NCBI GenBank assembly: GCA_964255285.1
Contig: CAXUUL010000034.1
Coordinates: forward strand, 1 to 51,676
Direction of reading: 5' to 3'
Length of the DNA stretch: 51,676 nucleotides
Source: Ionaspis alba
Taxonomy: Eukaryota
The notes beneath the pieces are model-generated. The model had not been told where the DNA came from. It searched no databases and saw nothing but the letters and a program-made list of their open reading frames with translations. Below are positions 26,331 through 39,801 of this stretch, in pieces. Made by a program: the position numbers and the translations under genes. How positions within the stretch are numbered: the stretch's first letter is position 1; the number at the start of each line of letters is the position of its first letter.

Positions 26331-27364
26331 CGTGACCCACCAACTCACCATCCATTGTGATTCCTCACGACAGTCGTGCGACCGAGCCACGATGGCAGAT
26401 TGCAAGGACAGTTCGTGTTGCGGAACCAAAGTCGGGCCGAAGTTGCACTCGTCACCACCAGATTTGTCCGGCCCGCACAGGCCTGTTGGGGGCAAGTCAC
26501 GGCAGTCCGTCTATCTTTTCCGGATGGCGCCTCGATTGACCCAATGCTGCATCGAGAGTGAGGGTGGCGGTCGCCATTGGTCTCGCTTGCTGCATCCGTG
26601 GTTGCGCCTCGTGGCCGCTAAGGCTGACGACGACGGCAACTCGAATTGGGATCGGACCTCATTGGCGCGCTGCATCGTCTCTTTGGCACCTCGTCCGCCT
26701 TGGGCTACATTGGGTGGGCCTCATCCAATACGGTCATTTGGCCCGAATCGGGTACCTTTATGATGCATCTGCGACATCGTGCAACTTTATTGCTGCTCCA
26801 CATGCGATTGATATATTTTGAGGATAGGTTGCGGTCTCATGACACGAGGACACGATGCTCCCAACAAACCAAGACATAGGGGTGGACACTTTGGGTGCTG
26901 TGTTTACTACGGTCTTCGTGTATCTTCTGTGCTTTACAGTCGTTGTAGGGTGTCCTCGTTCCGCATGTATCTTAGGCATTGCGCTCGGTGTTGATTCTCG
27001 TCCATGGTCTGTAATGCAGACGGGACGGCGTATCTGTTTGAACTCATTGGTAGCTTATGTCTATCATTCGCTCAGGGATGGAAGTTGCATGTTTGGAATT
27101 GCAACCTTTTAGGGCCACGTACAACGGCGTAGATGCGTAGGCAGCTCTCGTGATCAACTTTCTGTTATTGCGAACACTCATGCAAAGCTATGCGATGCCA
27201 CGCCATGCAAGGTATACGGCCCCCATGATCTCATCTCATTTCACAATTCACCAACAACGCCCCCTGCTGCCAGTCCCGTATCCAGGTATCCCGACCCTAA
27301 CTTATCAAGATAACCGCCACACATCATACAGTCCGCACTCTCAAGCTCCGCACCCTCTCCCAAT

Positions 27365-30300
27365 TCATCGTTCCGAGTCATCCATGCCACCCGCCGTCGC
27401 GGCCGTCTTGCGAGCCGAGCGTGTTGCCCGGCCTTCAATAAGTGTGTTCGGGCTTCTCGTGACCATTGATTTCGCTGTAGCTCTGGCTTTACTCTCGCCT
27501 TCTGCAATCGGTACAGCCTTCGTCTTAGCTTTCGAGCTTGCTGTGGGTTTGCCTTTGCCCTTGTACTTGGGACTCGCTTTCGCCTTCGATTCAGCCTTGA
27601 GCTTTGGTTTGGACTTAGCTGACGGTGGCGAACAAAGCTCATCCTGTGCTTCTTCCTCCCCTTCCACATCCTCGTCGTCTTGTTCTGCTACATTGGGGTT
27701 GTCTGCCACGGGGTTGCCACCAGGCTCTTCCGTGGTATGCTGTTTCTCGTCTGCAACATCCATCTCGTCTTCTTCCACTTCGGGAAGAGCACTCTCCTCA
27801 TGACCATGATCCCCATCATCCTGACCCTTGTCCTTCGCCATTTTCCGGCTTTCAACAATCAGATTCAATTCTTCCATCTCCTTGTCGTCCTCACTATCGT
27901 TCCGCTCAGCATAGCTGACCCCGCTCACCCTTCCACTCTTTCTCCTATCGACAGTCTCACGCATCCCTCTTCCGCTCCCCTCTTCCCAATCCTCTGCGTC
28001 ACCACTACCCCTCTTCTTTGGAGTCTTGACTGCTTTCCGCTCCCCGATTGCCAGACCCTTCGTGGCTTTCGCACGCTTAGCCTTCACCAGCGGATCTTCA
28101 CCAGCCTCACTTTTTCTCTTCCGCCCTGACTTCAGATCTCTCTCTTTCCTCAGACTCATCTTCACAAGCCCCTCGACGCCTTCGCGGACGCCGTCAGGGA
28201 GGAAGTTCTTCTCGGCAATATCGAGCGCGACATCGTGCTCGCCAATCTCCTTGAACAAGCTTCTTGGTAGTGTTAGCTTGGTGAAGGTAGGCAGTGTCTG
28301 GAGACTCCATCCGTGCGCTTCTATGTACAAATGGATGGCTAGCTGTGCGAGATCGGACAGCGTATAGAGACGCTTCGAGAAGTCGTCAGAAGTGTCGGTA
28401 CTGCTGACGACATCCCGACAGCCTTTGACACGCTGCGCGATATGGAAGATCAAGGAGATGTTCGCTTCGGTACCTACCGAGGTAAGGTAGAAGAGTATGT
28501 ATTTACCAAAATCTATGAGATCTTCTGTGGACGACTCGTAGTCCGGATGGTGGGCGAGAAGGGAGAGGAAACGCGAGAAAACCGATTCAAGGAGAGCCGA
28601 CACTTTGCTCGCGGGTAGAGGATTGGGGTCTGCTGCAGTCGCAGATAAGAGCGAAGGCTGCGGTGTTTGAGGCACGGACGAGAAGAAGACACCGCGGCTT
28701 TTGATCCAGGTTATCGTCTCTGATTTGAGCGAAGCATCAGGTTCGAAGGCCAGTAGAAAAGGAATGGTGTAAAACCTTGAGGGCAGTCTTGTCTGCGTGA
28801 GATATTTTCGAAGTCGTTGGAGGAACGAAGAGCGAACCGGATACAACGCGTCTTGAGCGACTTCGGCAAGCCGGTTGAAGGCGGAAGCAGTAAGCAAGGC
28901 TTCGTGAGGTTTCGCGGTGGAGAGTTTGAGAAAAAGCCGTGAAGCCAAGAGACGGAGCCGTGATTTGTGGGTGGGAGGTGTGTCCTTTGCGGTCGAAAGT
29001 TCGCCCTCTTTCGAAATGAGAGTCAACAGGAGTGTGTAGATTGGCTCTGCAACCTCTGCCAACGTATCCGGCCGGGGATGAGACCGAAGCCGGTTTGTAA
29101 GTATCTTGAGTGCCCAGCATTTTGCAGCGCATTCATCATCTAAACTCGAGGACCAGGAGTACGCATCCGCTGGTTCCGTCGATGGGTCGCGCACACGCAA
29201 GAGGATCGTCTTAATAGCGATATCTATAACTCCATCACCATTTGCGTCGCTTTCTGCCGGTGCCAGAAGACACAGTTGAGATAGTGCCGCAAGGCGCGAC
29301 AAAAAGCCTGCGCTACCATATTCAAAGTCTTTGACACACTTGAACATCAGATCTTCGGCTTGTGCCATCCTCCTCTGCGAGGTTGCCATGAGGATCGAAA
29401 CTGCATACTTTGCCGCTTCCGGTGGACTGCCATATACAGCAAAATTCGTCATTGCTTGCAGGAATTTGCGGTCTTGAGGAGCATCGGCTGGAAATTTCTG
29501 TACAAAAGCCGAGCAAGCCTTGAGGTTGTCGACAGCACCGGGGTCGTTGAGCTTGCTATCTGTAGGAGCGTCCTCCTGAAGACTAGAACAAAGCGACAGG
29601 ATATGTGCTTTCAGAACCTCTGGTGTCCGGGTCGAAATGTCCTTGAGCACTTCATGAGCAATGCTCCCGAGTCCCTTTTCGTCAGTTTTGGCGAAATACA
29701 AGATTGCAGGGACGTGACTTTTGTTGTATAAGATAATGCCTGTTCGGTACAACAATGGAGTCAAGGTTTCCATAAGTCCTGCTGGCGCGCTTGGCGAGCT
29801 CTCGATACGCTTTGTGAGTTCTTTCTACAGAAAACCCGAGCTGATCAGAATCTGATGATTTTGAGCCGTTGAAGCGAACTCACAAGTGCCTTAAATAACG
29901 TTCGGTAGTCACTCTCGGGTGCCATACAAAATCGAATTAGTTGATAGCTCCGACGATCATGCATCTTGGCAAATTTCCAGAGATCCGCTGAAGCTTTCGA
30001 TGCATCCGGCAGCAGTTTGGCTAAGTTGCTGATGAGACCTGACAGTCTCTCCTTAATTCTATCCTCGTCCTTATCCATAACACCGCCCTGAAGATGTAAG
30101 TTGCGAAGTAAGTCGAAGGCATAAGTACTGACATTGTAATCCTCGCAACTTTGCAGGTACGCTCCAAAATACCTAGATAGTATAGCTTGTTGTGATGTAA
30201 AAGCGAACAGTACTTTCTTCGCTCTCTCATCGAGCTGATTTGCAAGTATCAGCATCCTTTCTGCGCGAATTTTGTCGGGATCCGGAGTTTCCGTCTCAAG

Positions 30301-32230
30301 GTTCCCGATTGTCTGGCTATCGTGTCCCTTCTGAGAGTTGCCATTTGTCAGCTTCGCAGCTTTTACCTTTATAGGAGGATAAGCAAGTGGTAGTAGGCAT
30401 TCATGGAAGACGTGATCTAACAGGGCCTTGATTTCCAGATCATTGACGTAAAAGGCGTTGAGAATTTTGCTGGGTGCTCCTTTGAGTAAGGCAATTATCC
30501 TTTCATTGCCAGCACTCATCTCTCCAATAGCCACACCCCAGATCTTCCCAAGTATGGTCATTGCTTCGACACGAACAAGTTGTTTTCGATCCTTTACCCG
30601 TTCTGAGAGATTGCCCAAAACTGATCCTGGAGTATCAATACTCCCAGACGGGGCAAGTTTATCTATCATGTCTCGGTAACGAAACTCCCCAACAGCCTTG
30701 ACAGCCGAGAGGCGCACCTTTTCATCCGAATCGTTGAGCATACGCGCGAGGTCCTCAACAAGCCGTTCCTCATCCACCTGTGTCAGACCAACTCCGCCAG
30801 CCGAAGTAGCAAGTATTCGGCCAATTGCAGTTGTCCACGCTGACCGTACGATAGGAGACTTGTCTTGCCTTCTACTCAGAAAGCTTGAATATGCGTGTGA
30901 ATGGGCTTGTGGAAAAGGTTGGGGGGACGACGGAATTATGAGGAGATTGAGCGACGAAGCGCCGTCTACCGAATTAGACAGATCTATCGGTGGGTATGCA
31001 GCTGGGTCCATCGCAGGGGGTTGCGGAGGACCTGCAGCGCCAATACCCGAGACCATATCCCCGAGTGTCTCTGTGGCCAGAAGTCGCATATGAACATTTT
31101 CAGCAGACAATTCGGCTTCCAGCTGTGGAATGACATTCTGCAATACAGAGGGGCTCGCACGCCATAATTCTCGGAGGAGCCGGTGTGCCTTGCGTAGCTC
31201 CTTCAAATCTTCTTCGGTCGGACCCAATGCCTGCTCGTCTGACCCTTCATAGTCGCCGTTATTTTTTCGATGCGAGTGATCCCCGGATGTGGTGGAGGCG
31301 TCTATAATCACATCATTGAAGTATTTGCTGACCTCTCTCGCCATCTTCTCCGGACAAGAATTGCAGATGGTCTTGGCCATGTTGTAGGCTGGGGGTAGCT
31401 CTTTCAGAACCAGCAGAGATTGCTTGTTGTCCACGACAACTTCATGCTTCTTTCCCTTCCTACCACTAGCACCAATAACGTGGGGATCCGTACGAAGGAA
31501 TTGCGCGACAACGATATCTACAGCTTGCGATGGGAGAACGGTAGACTCATCGACCATAATCACAAGTATAGACGTCATATTGTGCTCCACATTCTTTCCC
31601 AGTTGCTCCTCCGTCGACGATTTGTGTGAATCAGCCAAGATGTCGAAGAAAGTTGTGAACAGACTTGTGATCAACGGTTCCGAGGAAGGGAGATCCGTAA
31701 GCAGAACGATGCTCTTCACTTGCGCGAGGGACTGTAGAACATAGATATGTTGATTATTGTAGGCATGGGATGGATCGGATAGTGCTGGAAGAATGGATGT
31801 TATAATCATGTAGAAAATCTCCTGTGTAGCTGTAAGCTTCTCTACTTAATCTCCACGGGCCAATGGTATTCACCCTCAATTGCTGCCCAGTGTACGGGGC
31901 GTCAGGCGCACACAGTCTCAAGATGTCCACAAGACAAGCTGCCGTACATGCTCTTACTCCCTTGTCCTTGTGATTCAGGAGATTCAGACTAGCTAGCTCT
32001 TTTGCCACTTTGGTGAAAGATTCCTTATCATTCTCCTCCTGCTCCATCTCTCTCATCTCTCCTGAGAGCGCCTGAAGCCGGCGAAGCAAATCGGCCACGG
32101 GTATGGCCTTGCCCGCGCGCCATGAAAGAGGCTCGTTGAACTGTAAGCCTGGTATTAATGCTTGAGGGTCGTCTCGTGCCATTACCTCAGTCCCAGTCGC
32201 GGCCCCCAGAGGGCGGGTTCGTGCCGGCAT
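27365..32230 (-). CDS. PDS5: Sister chromatid cohesion protein Pds5 (BimD/Spo76)
   Basis: N-terminal LLRRLQAL...HKDKGVRACTAACLVDILRLCAPDAPY, then VIPQLEAELSAENVHMRLLATETLG, HEAT-repeat body, LLAHHPDY and a basic/acidic tail. Introns near 31873-31822, 30132-30088 and 29883-29826. Confidence 0.93.
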
Positions 32231-33376
32231 CTTGCGAAACTTGTCCAAGCGATGCCTCAACTGTCATTCCTGCCAGGCACCCTGGCCCTCAATGGCATAG
32301 ACTGCGCATATTGACTCCAGATTCATAACGCTGTGTCTGAAGATATCTGGAATACTGTTCGCCATGAACGAAGCGTTGTCGGCGCGTACAGCAGCTCCAG
32401 GTCGCGTTGTACCTCACTAGCGCGCAGGGATTGCCGAGACCTCGAATTCTGATATCCTCACGCGCACAAGCAAGTTTAACAGCACACGGTTGCTAGAATC
32501 CGTGGGGAGAAGCGTAAGATCATTGGAAGCTTCTTCGATATCACGACTTATATTAGAGGGGGTTGACTACTGACGTTGGACGGCACATTAATCGGTTTAT
32601 TCTCATATCTTTTGTCATGCGTATGCGAGGGTGCTAAAAAGCATGCTTCAGATCAGTGCACTGCCTGGGGGCTTTCTACAAGAAAATGGATGCAAATGTC
32701 GCAGGTTGGACATCCATGGTGCATTTAAACATCAGTATGCCCCAAGGCTTACGAGTCCAAGCAACGATGGTATGAGCATAACTAAAGCTGAAAGCCCAAA
32801 GCAGGTGAAGTTCCATTGAGCGAAAGATACGATCAGGGACATCATTGAAACCCGATCAACCTTTCACATACGAGTTAGTATGTCTGATGAGGGCTCTTAG
32901 TTCTTCGCAGAATGGAAAGTCATTATAAGAAATGGAACAGGTGCTGGAAGAATGGGACGACGATTTTAGTGTTCGCAGCTTGCTGGGAACTTTGCTATTC
33001 GGATATTCGTGGGTAACCAGCTAGTTCTCAGCAACGGAGATACGTAAGAATTCCAACAGGAATCCTCAGCGGAGTCGCCCCTACCAGTACGAGCTTGGAG
33101 AAGATTTTCCACGAGAGCAATCTTTTGCTTGAGTATTGTCTGATACCCACACTAGGTGGGGCACGGAACGGAAGAATTGGAAGGGATCGGGAACCTTGCA
33201 GGTTTGGTGGCGACGGTCACTTCTATCATTGACACTAGCCACCGCGTCCACAGTCTCCTCCAAAAGCCCAGCGCTGCAGACCCTTGATGACAACAGATGG
33301 CCGTCATGGCTTGGCCAACTCTCACGACGACTACCTGAGGAAGACCAGGGGAATCTTAGGGTCGAAGATATATGCT

Positions 33377-34377
33377 TTATTGGTTCCTTGCTCTTTTCCT
33401 TCCGCTCTTTGGTTCCTCTGCGTGCCTGTCGGTCGTTTTGCGTTCACGTGCATCCAGTACAAAGCTTAATACGTCGAACCCAAACTCAGGATATTCCAAA
33501 CACAGTGCTCTAAAGTCGTCCTCTGCTTCGTGTCTGAGAATATGACTTCTCTGGCCCCAGAAGCTAGCAATAGGCTTACGAATCGTCGTATCAGAGCGAG
33601 GGGTGTTTGCGTAAACAAAGCGAGCATAGGCTAGCTCTCCACGAGCTGTAGAGTTCACACGATGAACTTTCGAGTGCGCAAGTGCCTTAAGGTCCTAGCT
33701 CATGATTGTTAATACAAGCGATAGGTAAGTAAAACGAAAAGACTTGCCATAACTCCTAGCTTGTCTGCCAGCGTATACACCCTAGCGTGCTTCAGCAGTT
33801 GCGCTCCGTCATCTTCAGAGGCCTTCCGGGTGCCTTGCTCCAGTGACTCGCCAATTTTGCGAGGGTAGTATTCGCCTGTGTATAGGTATTGCAGGAAGCA
33901 GCCGACGGCATCCAAGTCCTCGTGAGCGAAATCTACCCTTCTCGTCTGGTTGAAGAGTCAACAGTGGTGAGTCTACAATGATCTCGTCTTTGACGTACTG
34001 TTGCATTATCGTGGGATTGTGCGAGTACTTCTGCAAAGAATGGCGACTGCACAAGCAGAGCTTGGTGGGCTGTAAGTAGTGTCTGCTCCTCGCCTTGTCC
34101 AACAAGTAGCTCAATTATAGGGGACTTGAGAAAACTATCTTAAGATCAGCCGAGCAGCTAGCTGGAGACATGACAGCACAGACTCCAAAAAGGTTTGCCT
34201 CGCAGGAGCTTTCTCGTCGTCCTCAACCTCTTCCACGTCGGCGACTTCATCCTCAGCAGGCTGAGTGTCCTGGACCTCGACAATGTCGGCATCTTCCCCA
34301 CCTGCCATGTCTACGTCCTTTACTGCCTCATCAGCAACTATACCTATGCGCCCTATACGGACCTCAGCTTCCGCCAT
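33377..34377 (-). CDS. Conserved fungal BTB/POZ-domain protein
   Basis: Spliced product has an acidic N-terminus, then FLKSPIIELLVGQGEEQTLLTAHQALL...DAVGCFLQYLYTGEYYP...LLKHARVYTLADKLG...YARFVYANT. The true start may lie further upstream. Confidence 0.75.
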
Positions 34378-34913
34378 GCTCCTCTAGAGAGCTCGACAGG
34401 TCCAGCAGAGGGCAGTGCAGATGAAGCTCTTGGAAATAAAAGTACGAGGCGATGGAATGTCACATGTGTATCTGAGGTGTCACAAGCAGAACCTGCGACA
34501 TGAAGAAATGGCCGCGCAATGGATCACGTCGTGAAGACACATCCACGCTCCCAGCCTCCCCAACTTCAGCCACGGATGATCGACATCGGTTCCTGACTAG
34601 GTGCACGGACCACTGCAAAGCATTTAATACCAGAGTTGTGTCCATCTTGCATTAAAAATCATGCGGTCTGCAGTGGACCTCGGTTCTTCGCTCGCAATGA
34701 TCCAATCGAATCGAGCAACGCCAACGATCGATGTTGCACCACGAAAAGTCAATACCAATTTGTTTCTCCATGGTTTTAATACCGTTTAAGTAACTCTGTG
34801 ATGTCATTAACTTGACCTCGTGTCACGGAAGCTTCTGCCCTTGCTATCGCTATCGCTATCCTCGCACTTGGGTTTTTCGGGCATGAAAATTGTGGTTGAC
34901 CATTGATCTCGCA

Positions 34914-36314
34914 ATGTCAACGCAAGAGAGAAAGTATGAGCTTATCCTGTTGGGAGCCACAGGGTACACGGGAAAATACTGTGCCGAAAACATTGTCAAA
35001 CATCTACCGACGGATCTGCGATGGGCCGTCGCTGGGCGCAACGAAGCCAAACTTTCTGCTGTAGTTGATCAAATCAGGCCTCTGAACCGTGACCGCCAGC
35101 AGCCTGGAATAGAAATTACATCGTTGAGTCCAGAGGACCTTGATATTCTCTCGAGAAAGACTAAGCTCATCATCACCACTGTGGGCCCTTACTACCTCTA
35201 CGGGACTCCTGTCGTGGAGGCATGCGCAAAGAACGGGACACACTATGTTGATGCGTAAGGCAACCACCTAAATCCAATGTCTGAGTCATTTCGCTGATAG
35301 TTTCAAGAACTGGAGAGTCCCCGTGGACTCTGGATATTGTCAAAAAGTTCCATGACACTGCTAAAGCCAACAAAGCAATTGTGAGCCTCTCATCACGTAG
35401 CTACGAGCATGGCTGACAGTGACGCAGATCATACCACAAAATGGAATAGAAAGCGCAACCTCCGACATGGTCACTTTTGCGTTAATTTCGATGCTGCGGA
35501 ACACTCTAGCGGTTGGCGCCAAGGATGTTATTTGCACCGCTCATGCATTGAAGTAATTTACAAGCTCTACCTCCTGCTTTTTCTATTGCTCACTACGGCT
35601 AACCATGATTCCAGGACCTTGCCATCTGGGGGAACATTGGCTACTGCACTAGGCATATTTGACGAGTATTCCATAAGAAAAATCGCAGATTCAGCTAAGC
35701 CTTGGGCATTGTCTCCTCTGCAAGGCCCAGAATCAAAGCCAGACTCATTCTTAACCAAACTTCTCGGAGTCCGTTCTGTGCCAGAACTAGGAGTCCTCAC
35801 AACTGGCGTTAGCTCGATACCGAATACTGCCATAGTTCAACGAAGCTGGTACCTGCTTGATCAAGGCAACTACTACGGTCAGCACTTCACCTACAAGGAA
35901 TATGCTACAGCAAGAAATCATGTCGTGGGAATGGTCATCCATCTCGGATTGGCTTTTGGCATGTTCGCTTTGGCTCTCCCTCCAGTACGTTGGTTGGTAA
36001 GGAAATTGGTATACCAACCAGGAGCTGGACCGGCTCGGGAGAGTACACTCAAGGATCGTATCGATTGGCGTGCTGTTGGCACGGCTGATTCCCAAGAGTC
36101 TCAAAAAGCCTTCGCCAAGCTCGCCTACACGGGAAGCGGATACGATTTGACCGGAATCTTCCTGGCAGAAGCTGCCATTGTGATACTGCGTGACAGTTGT
36201 GCAGCCCACGACATTGGCGGTGGGGTCCTCACTCCTGCAACACTAGGACAGCCATACATTGAACGATTGCAAAAAGCAGGTGTTGAAATCGCAGCATACC
36301 TGTCAAACGATTGA
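34914..36314 (+). CDS. Saccharopine dehydrogenase-like oxidoreductase (SCCPDH family)
   Basis: LLGATGYTG, WAVAGRN, TTVGPY...GTPVVEAC...HYVD/TGE, SGGTLAT and GGGVLTPA. Three short introns. Confidence 0.85.
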
Positions 36315-36860
36315 TCATGAGGCTTCATGGTTATTGCTTGTCTTGAACCCACTTGGATTATGCTCATGGATAGGAAGAGTGTTTCACCAATTCCTTTTAG
36401 TCTTGGGCTAGTTTTGTCTTCCACGTCTTGATCGAAGTAAAAGTCTTTGTTGCATTTTTCGGTTGTACTCGCTAGGTTGCGACGGATGGCTGCCTCTCCC
36501 AAAAGTCTTGGAGAATTTGGCAGACATTTATGTTTAACACTAACTCGCTGCGTCAACAGGTCGTAACGCGGAGGTTTCATAGACATCAACAATGATCTGA
36601 CTCATCTCCTCCTAAAATTCGATGGTACTTGTTATATGGCATGCAATATATTCGCTTGGCTTTGCACGCTGATTCTTGGATGCAAGCAAGCATCCATTGA
36701 TCGATGACACGTCCGCCCACCAACCCCCGCCCCGGGAGAAAACAAAGCAATTGATTTGCGAGAACCATTTCATATCCAAAAATATCATTTGGTACTGTCT
36801 TGACCCGTGACCAAGCTCAAAGGGGATAACCACCAGGCCTTTTATACTTTCTTTTCAGGG

Positions 36861-37640
36861 ATGGGTAACAACCTTACCTCAGTTGCAGGATACGAAAGCG
36901 TTCTATCTTCTCGACAACTGCCACACGATCGACCGATGCCCAATATTGATCATAATCTCGACTCCGTTGCAGAGGGACTTGCAATATTCTTGCGCGAGTA
37001 TAGACAATACCAAAGACATCGAAGAAAAAATAAGAGCAAAAGGAGCAGCGCTTACTGCAGTCGTAAGGCATTAGAAGATCCCCTTCTCGTCGAATTTATT
37101 GAGGTGGTAACTAATGATGCTTTTATCACAGGGCGTTGTGCCAAATTCATAGAAACAAGGACTTGTCAATGTCAAGGTGATCTACGTGAGCATTCTATAT
37201 ATGCAGTTGAGCCGGAATATGGCTACGGGGACAATGGCTGCGAGTCCAATTCCATGGCTAGCCACGATAAGAGTTGGCCTAGACCTAGAACTTACCATCA
37301 GAACACTCGGAATCTCACAGGCAATACTTTCAGCCGGTATCAAGATCGGGCACAGGACTCATTTCCTAGGCACAGGGAGCACATGCCCTACGATGCGGAA
37401 CGATACCGACCATTCTCTGAATATTATACCTCGAACGGTTTCCCTGGTTCCAAGAGTTATATACCTTGGAAACTCCACTGTAGGCATGGCAGAGCAGCCT
37501 ATCTTGATATTGATGGAGGATTTGCGGTCGAAGACCACCGCGGACAGCAGCGCCGAAGGCATCAATTCGATCGCCCTTCCTCAAAAGTAGAGGGAGTTTC
37601 AGCCAGAAGGATGCATCAGCGGCCAGTCGATGAAGCATGA
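36861..37640 (+). CDS. Hypothetical protein (orphan, 259 aa)
   Basis: Uninterrupted ATG-initiated ORF occupying a gene-sized gap. No recognisable domain. Confidence 0.45.
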   Translation: MGNNLTSVAGYESVLSSRQLPHDRPMPNIDHNLDSVAEGLAIFLREYRQYQRHRRKNKSKRSSAYCSRKALEDPLLVEFIEVVTNDAFITGRCAKFIETRTCQCQGDLREHSIYAVEPEYGYGDNGCESNSMASHDKSWPRPRTYHQNTRNLTGNTFSRYQDRAQDSFPRHREHMPYDAERYRPFSEYYTSNGFPGSKSYIPWKLHCRHGRAAYLDIDGGFAVEDHRGQQRRRHQFDRPSSKVEGVSARRMHQRPVDEA

Positions 37641-38686
37641 AGCATGGAGAACAACTCAATGCAATAATGGCAATTGAACTGAAAATGGAGGTCTCTCTCG
37701 ATCCATATCCATCTGTTGAATCTCGGATCAGGACAGCACTACCAGTTAATCCATCATTCCAGTTGCCTGTTACCGTCAAGATCATGAAAACGGGGTGCTT
37801 CTTCCAACACTAATGTATTGCTTTGCATGTCCTCCCCTTTCTAGTTCTTGCTTACGAAGTCCAGCCACGGCGATATACAAGACAGAACACCGGAGAGGTC
37901 CAAGCACACAATCATACAGGCGTTATCCTTCCGAGAACAAATAAATTGGCCAGATGTTTCATCTACCCACACCTTCCCATCCTCCACCGAAGCTAGAACT
38001 TATGACACAGTTGTGCCTTTTTTATCGTTCTTCCCTCACACTATCCATTCCTTTCCCAAAATGTTTATCTTAAACCATCTGACAAGTCCAAACAACGCCT
38101 TGGTTATTAATTCCTCTTCTCTCCTCCTTGTAAGCCCACCTTACACAAAACAATGTCTATCTGCTCAGCATTCCGTTGATACTTCCGGGTGTGTCCGAAA
38201 CAGCAACACGGCCGATTAACGCCTCAATATGGAAGATGAAGTCAGTCAAATCTAGGAGGACCGTGAATACTACGACAGAAATTGAACACCACGGAAGGTT
38301 CGTTGATGATTGGGCAAAAGAGTAGGATCCGGGTAGAGGCTGAAGATCTACTAGTATCAGCTTCGAAAGGATACCTCCTCGGAATGGCGAGAGGAATAGC
38401 CGGGGGGCGAAACGGTCGGCGCGATGAGCTTAAAGGGAGAACTATGACGAGGTGCGATTCAAATAAGGAGTCACGTGATCATGGTGAATGTGTACCTTGA
38501 TAGCGGCAGAAGGGGCAATCGCAGATTTTAGAGAAATGGAGCTTGACGCTACGGTTCCCGAGTGAGAAAGGACCATGACAGTGGGGACCATTACCTTAAC
38601 GTCGAAGAGGTTTGGTTTGTTAATGAGCCCCGAGTTAAAGCTATACTCCTACTCAGTACCCCAAATATGGGCATAGATTGCACACG

Positions 38687-39450
38687 TTATTCCAATCTAC
38701 TTAGTCGATCAATTATGGTGTCTCAAACAGCCAGATTTTGCATCTTGATAGACTTACCGCTCAATCAAATGCACACCCGAAGCTGTCTCCACGACATGGC
38801 TAACTTCGCCGGGCTTCAAGGCAAAAGCAGCGGTCTCAAACTCCTTCTGCATATCTCCTTCCCCGAAGAAACCCCTGACGTCCATAGTGTCAGCGAAAGA
38901 TTGTTGTGCAAACACAGAGTTCGACACTCACAAGTCACCCCTCTTCCTTGCGCTGCTGCAGTCACTTTCCGTAACAGCCAAGTCGCCCAGACTAGTCTGA
39001 CCACTGCGAATCCTTGCCTCATGCCCCAAGATGATGCTGGTTGCCTCCTCCTTGGTCCTCGTGATCTGTGATTCCCGCCAACTGCTCGGCCTTCTGCTAT
39101 CCTTGTGTTTTACTAGTAGATGGGCCGCACGAATTTTGTTCGGGTCTTTAGCTGCCGAAGAATCACCGCGAATGACGGCTGAACTGTGGTGCTGAGCCAT
39201 ATAAGCCTTAAGCTTTTCGGTGTCGGTCCCCGTTGGAGGCTCCCAGCGGGATTCCTTGGTTTGGTCGTTGAAGTAGTATGGGAGGTTTTTGGAATTGGAG
39301 TGACGCACTTCCCAGCTGTTTGGGAGACCGGCATTAGCCTGCAGGAAACCGTATCAGTCTCCATAGGGCACGAATGAAGCTTGGGAGCTTGGGAGGTTGG
39401 GAGGCGAGGGGTGATCTTTGAGTAGGTCCTGAAGAGTGGAGACTGACCAT
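38687..39450 (-). CDS. ESS1: Peptidyl-prolyl isomerase Ess1/Pin1 (WW + parvulin)
   Basis: Exons 39450-39448 (ATG only), 39338-38932, 38874-38758, 38696-38687. WW domain [21 protein letters not shown]...SRWEPP, parvulin [30 protein letters not shown] and [11 protein letters not shown]. Confidence 0.95.
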
Positions 39451-39801
39451 GTTATGTGGAGATTACAAGTAACCTCAGTCGGTGAGTAAGCCAGGCTATG
39501 ACAAAGTGAAGGTGACGTTCAGTAAGCAGGTAATAACAAAGAGGCAACTGTGTTGTTCTGATTCATATGCGCAACATTATGCATTTGGACATTGGCGGGG
39601 CATTTCAGTGCCCAAGGCCGTTGGAAGGGAAACCGCGCTAGATCTCTAAGCTCGCTCTTCAACTTTCTACACTCTTGATCATTTCCACACCTAATTCCAC
39701 CCAGCAGCAAATCGCCTTACAGCCCCGCTGGCAAGACCGAAACTCTGCCGGGAAAAAGGTTTTCGAAACAATCGCCGACCGGTCCACTCTCCAGAACCAA
39801 G

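Noticed and set aside
26332..27112. Several overlapping short ORFs downstream of the PHD gene
   Set aside because: They show no motifs and are consistent with 3' UTR or intergenic sequence between convergent genes.
27150..27803. 217-aa + strand ORF with hydrophobic stretch
   Set aside because: It is the antisense shadow of the Lys/Glu-rich PDS5 tail.
33285..33340. Second TGATGA...CTGA pair
   Set aside because: It is too short (~55 nt), has no recognisable guide, and lies antisense to the BTB gene's 3' region.
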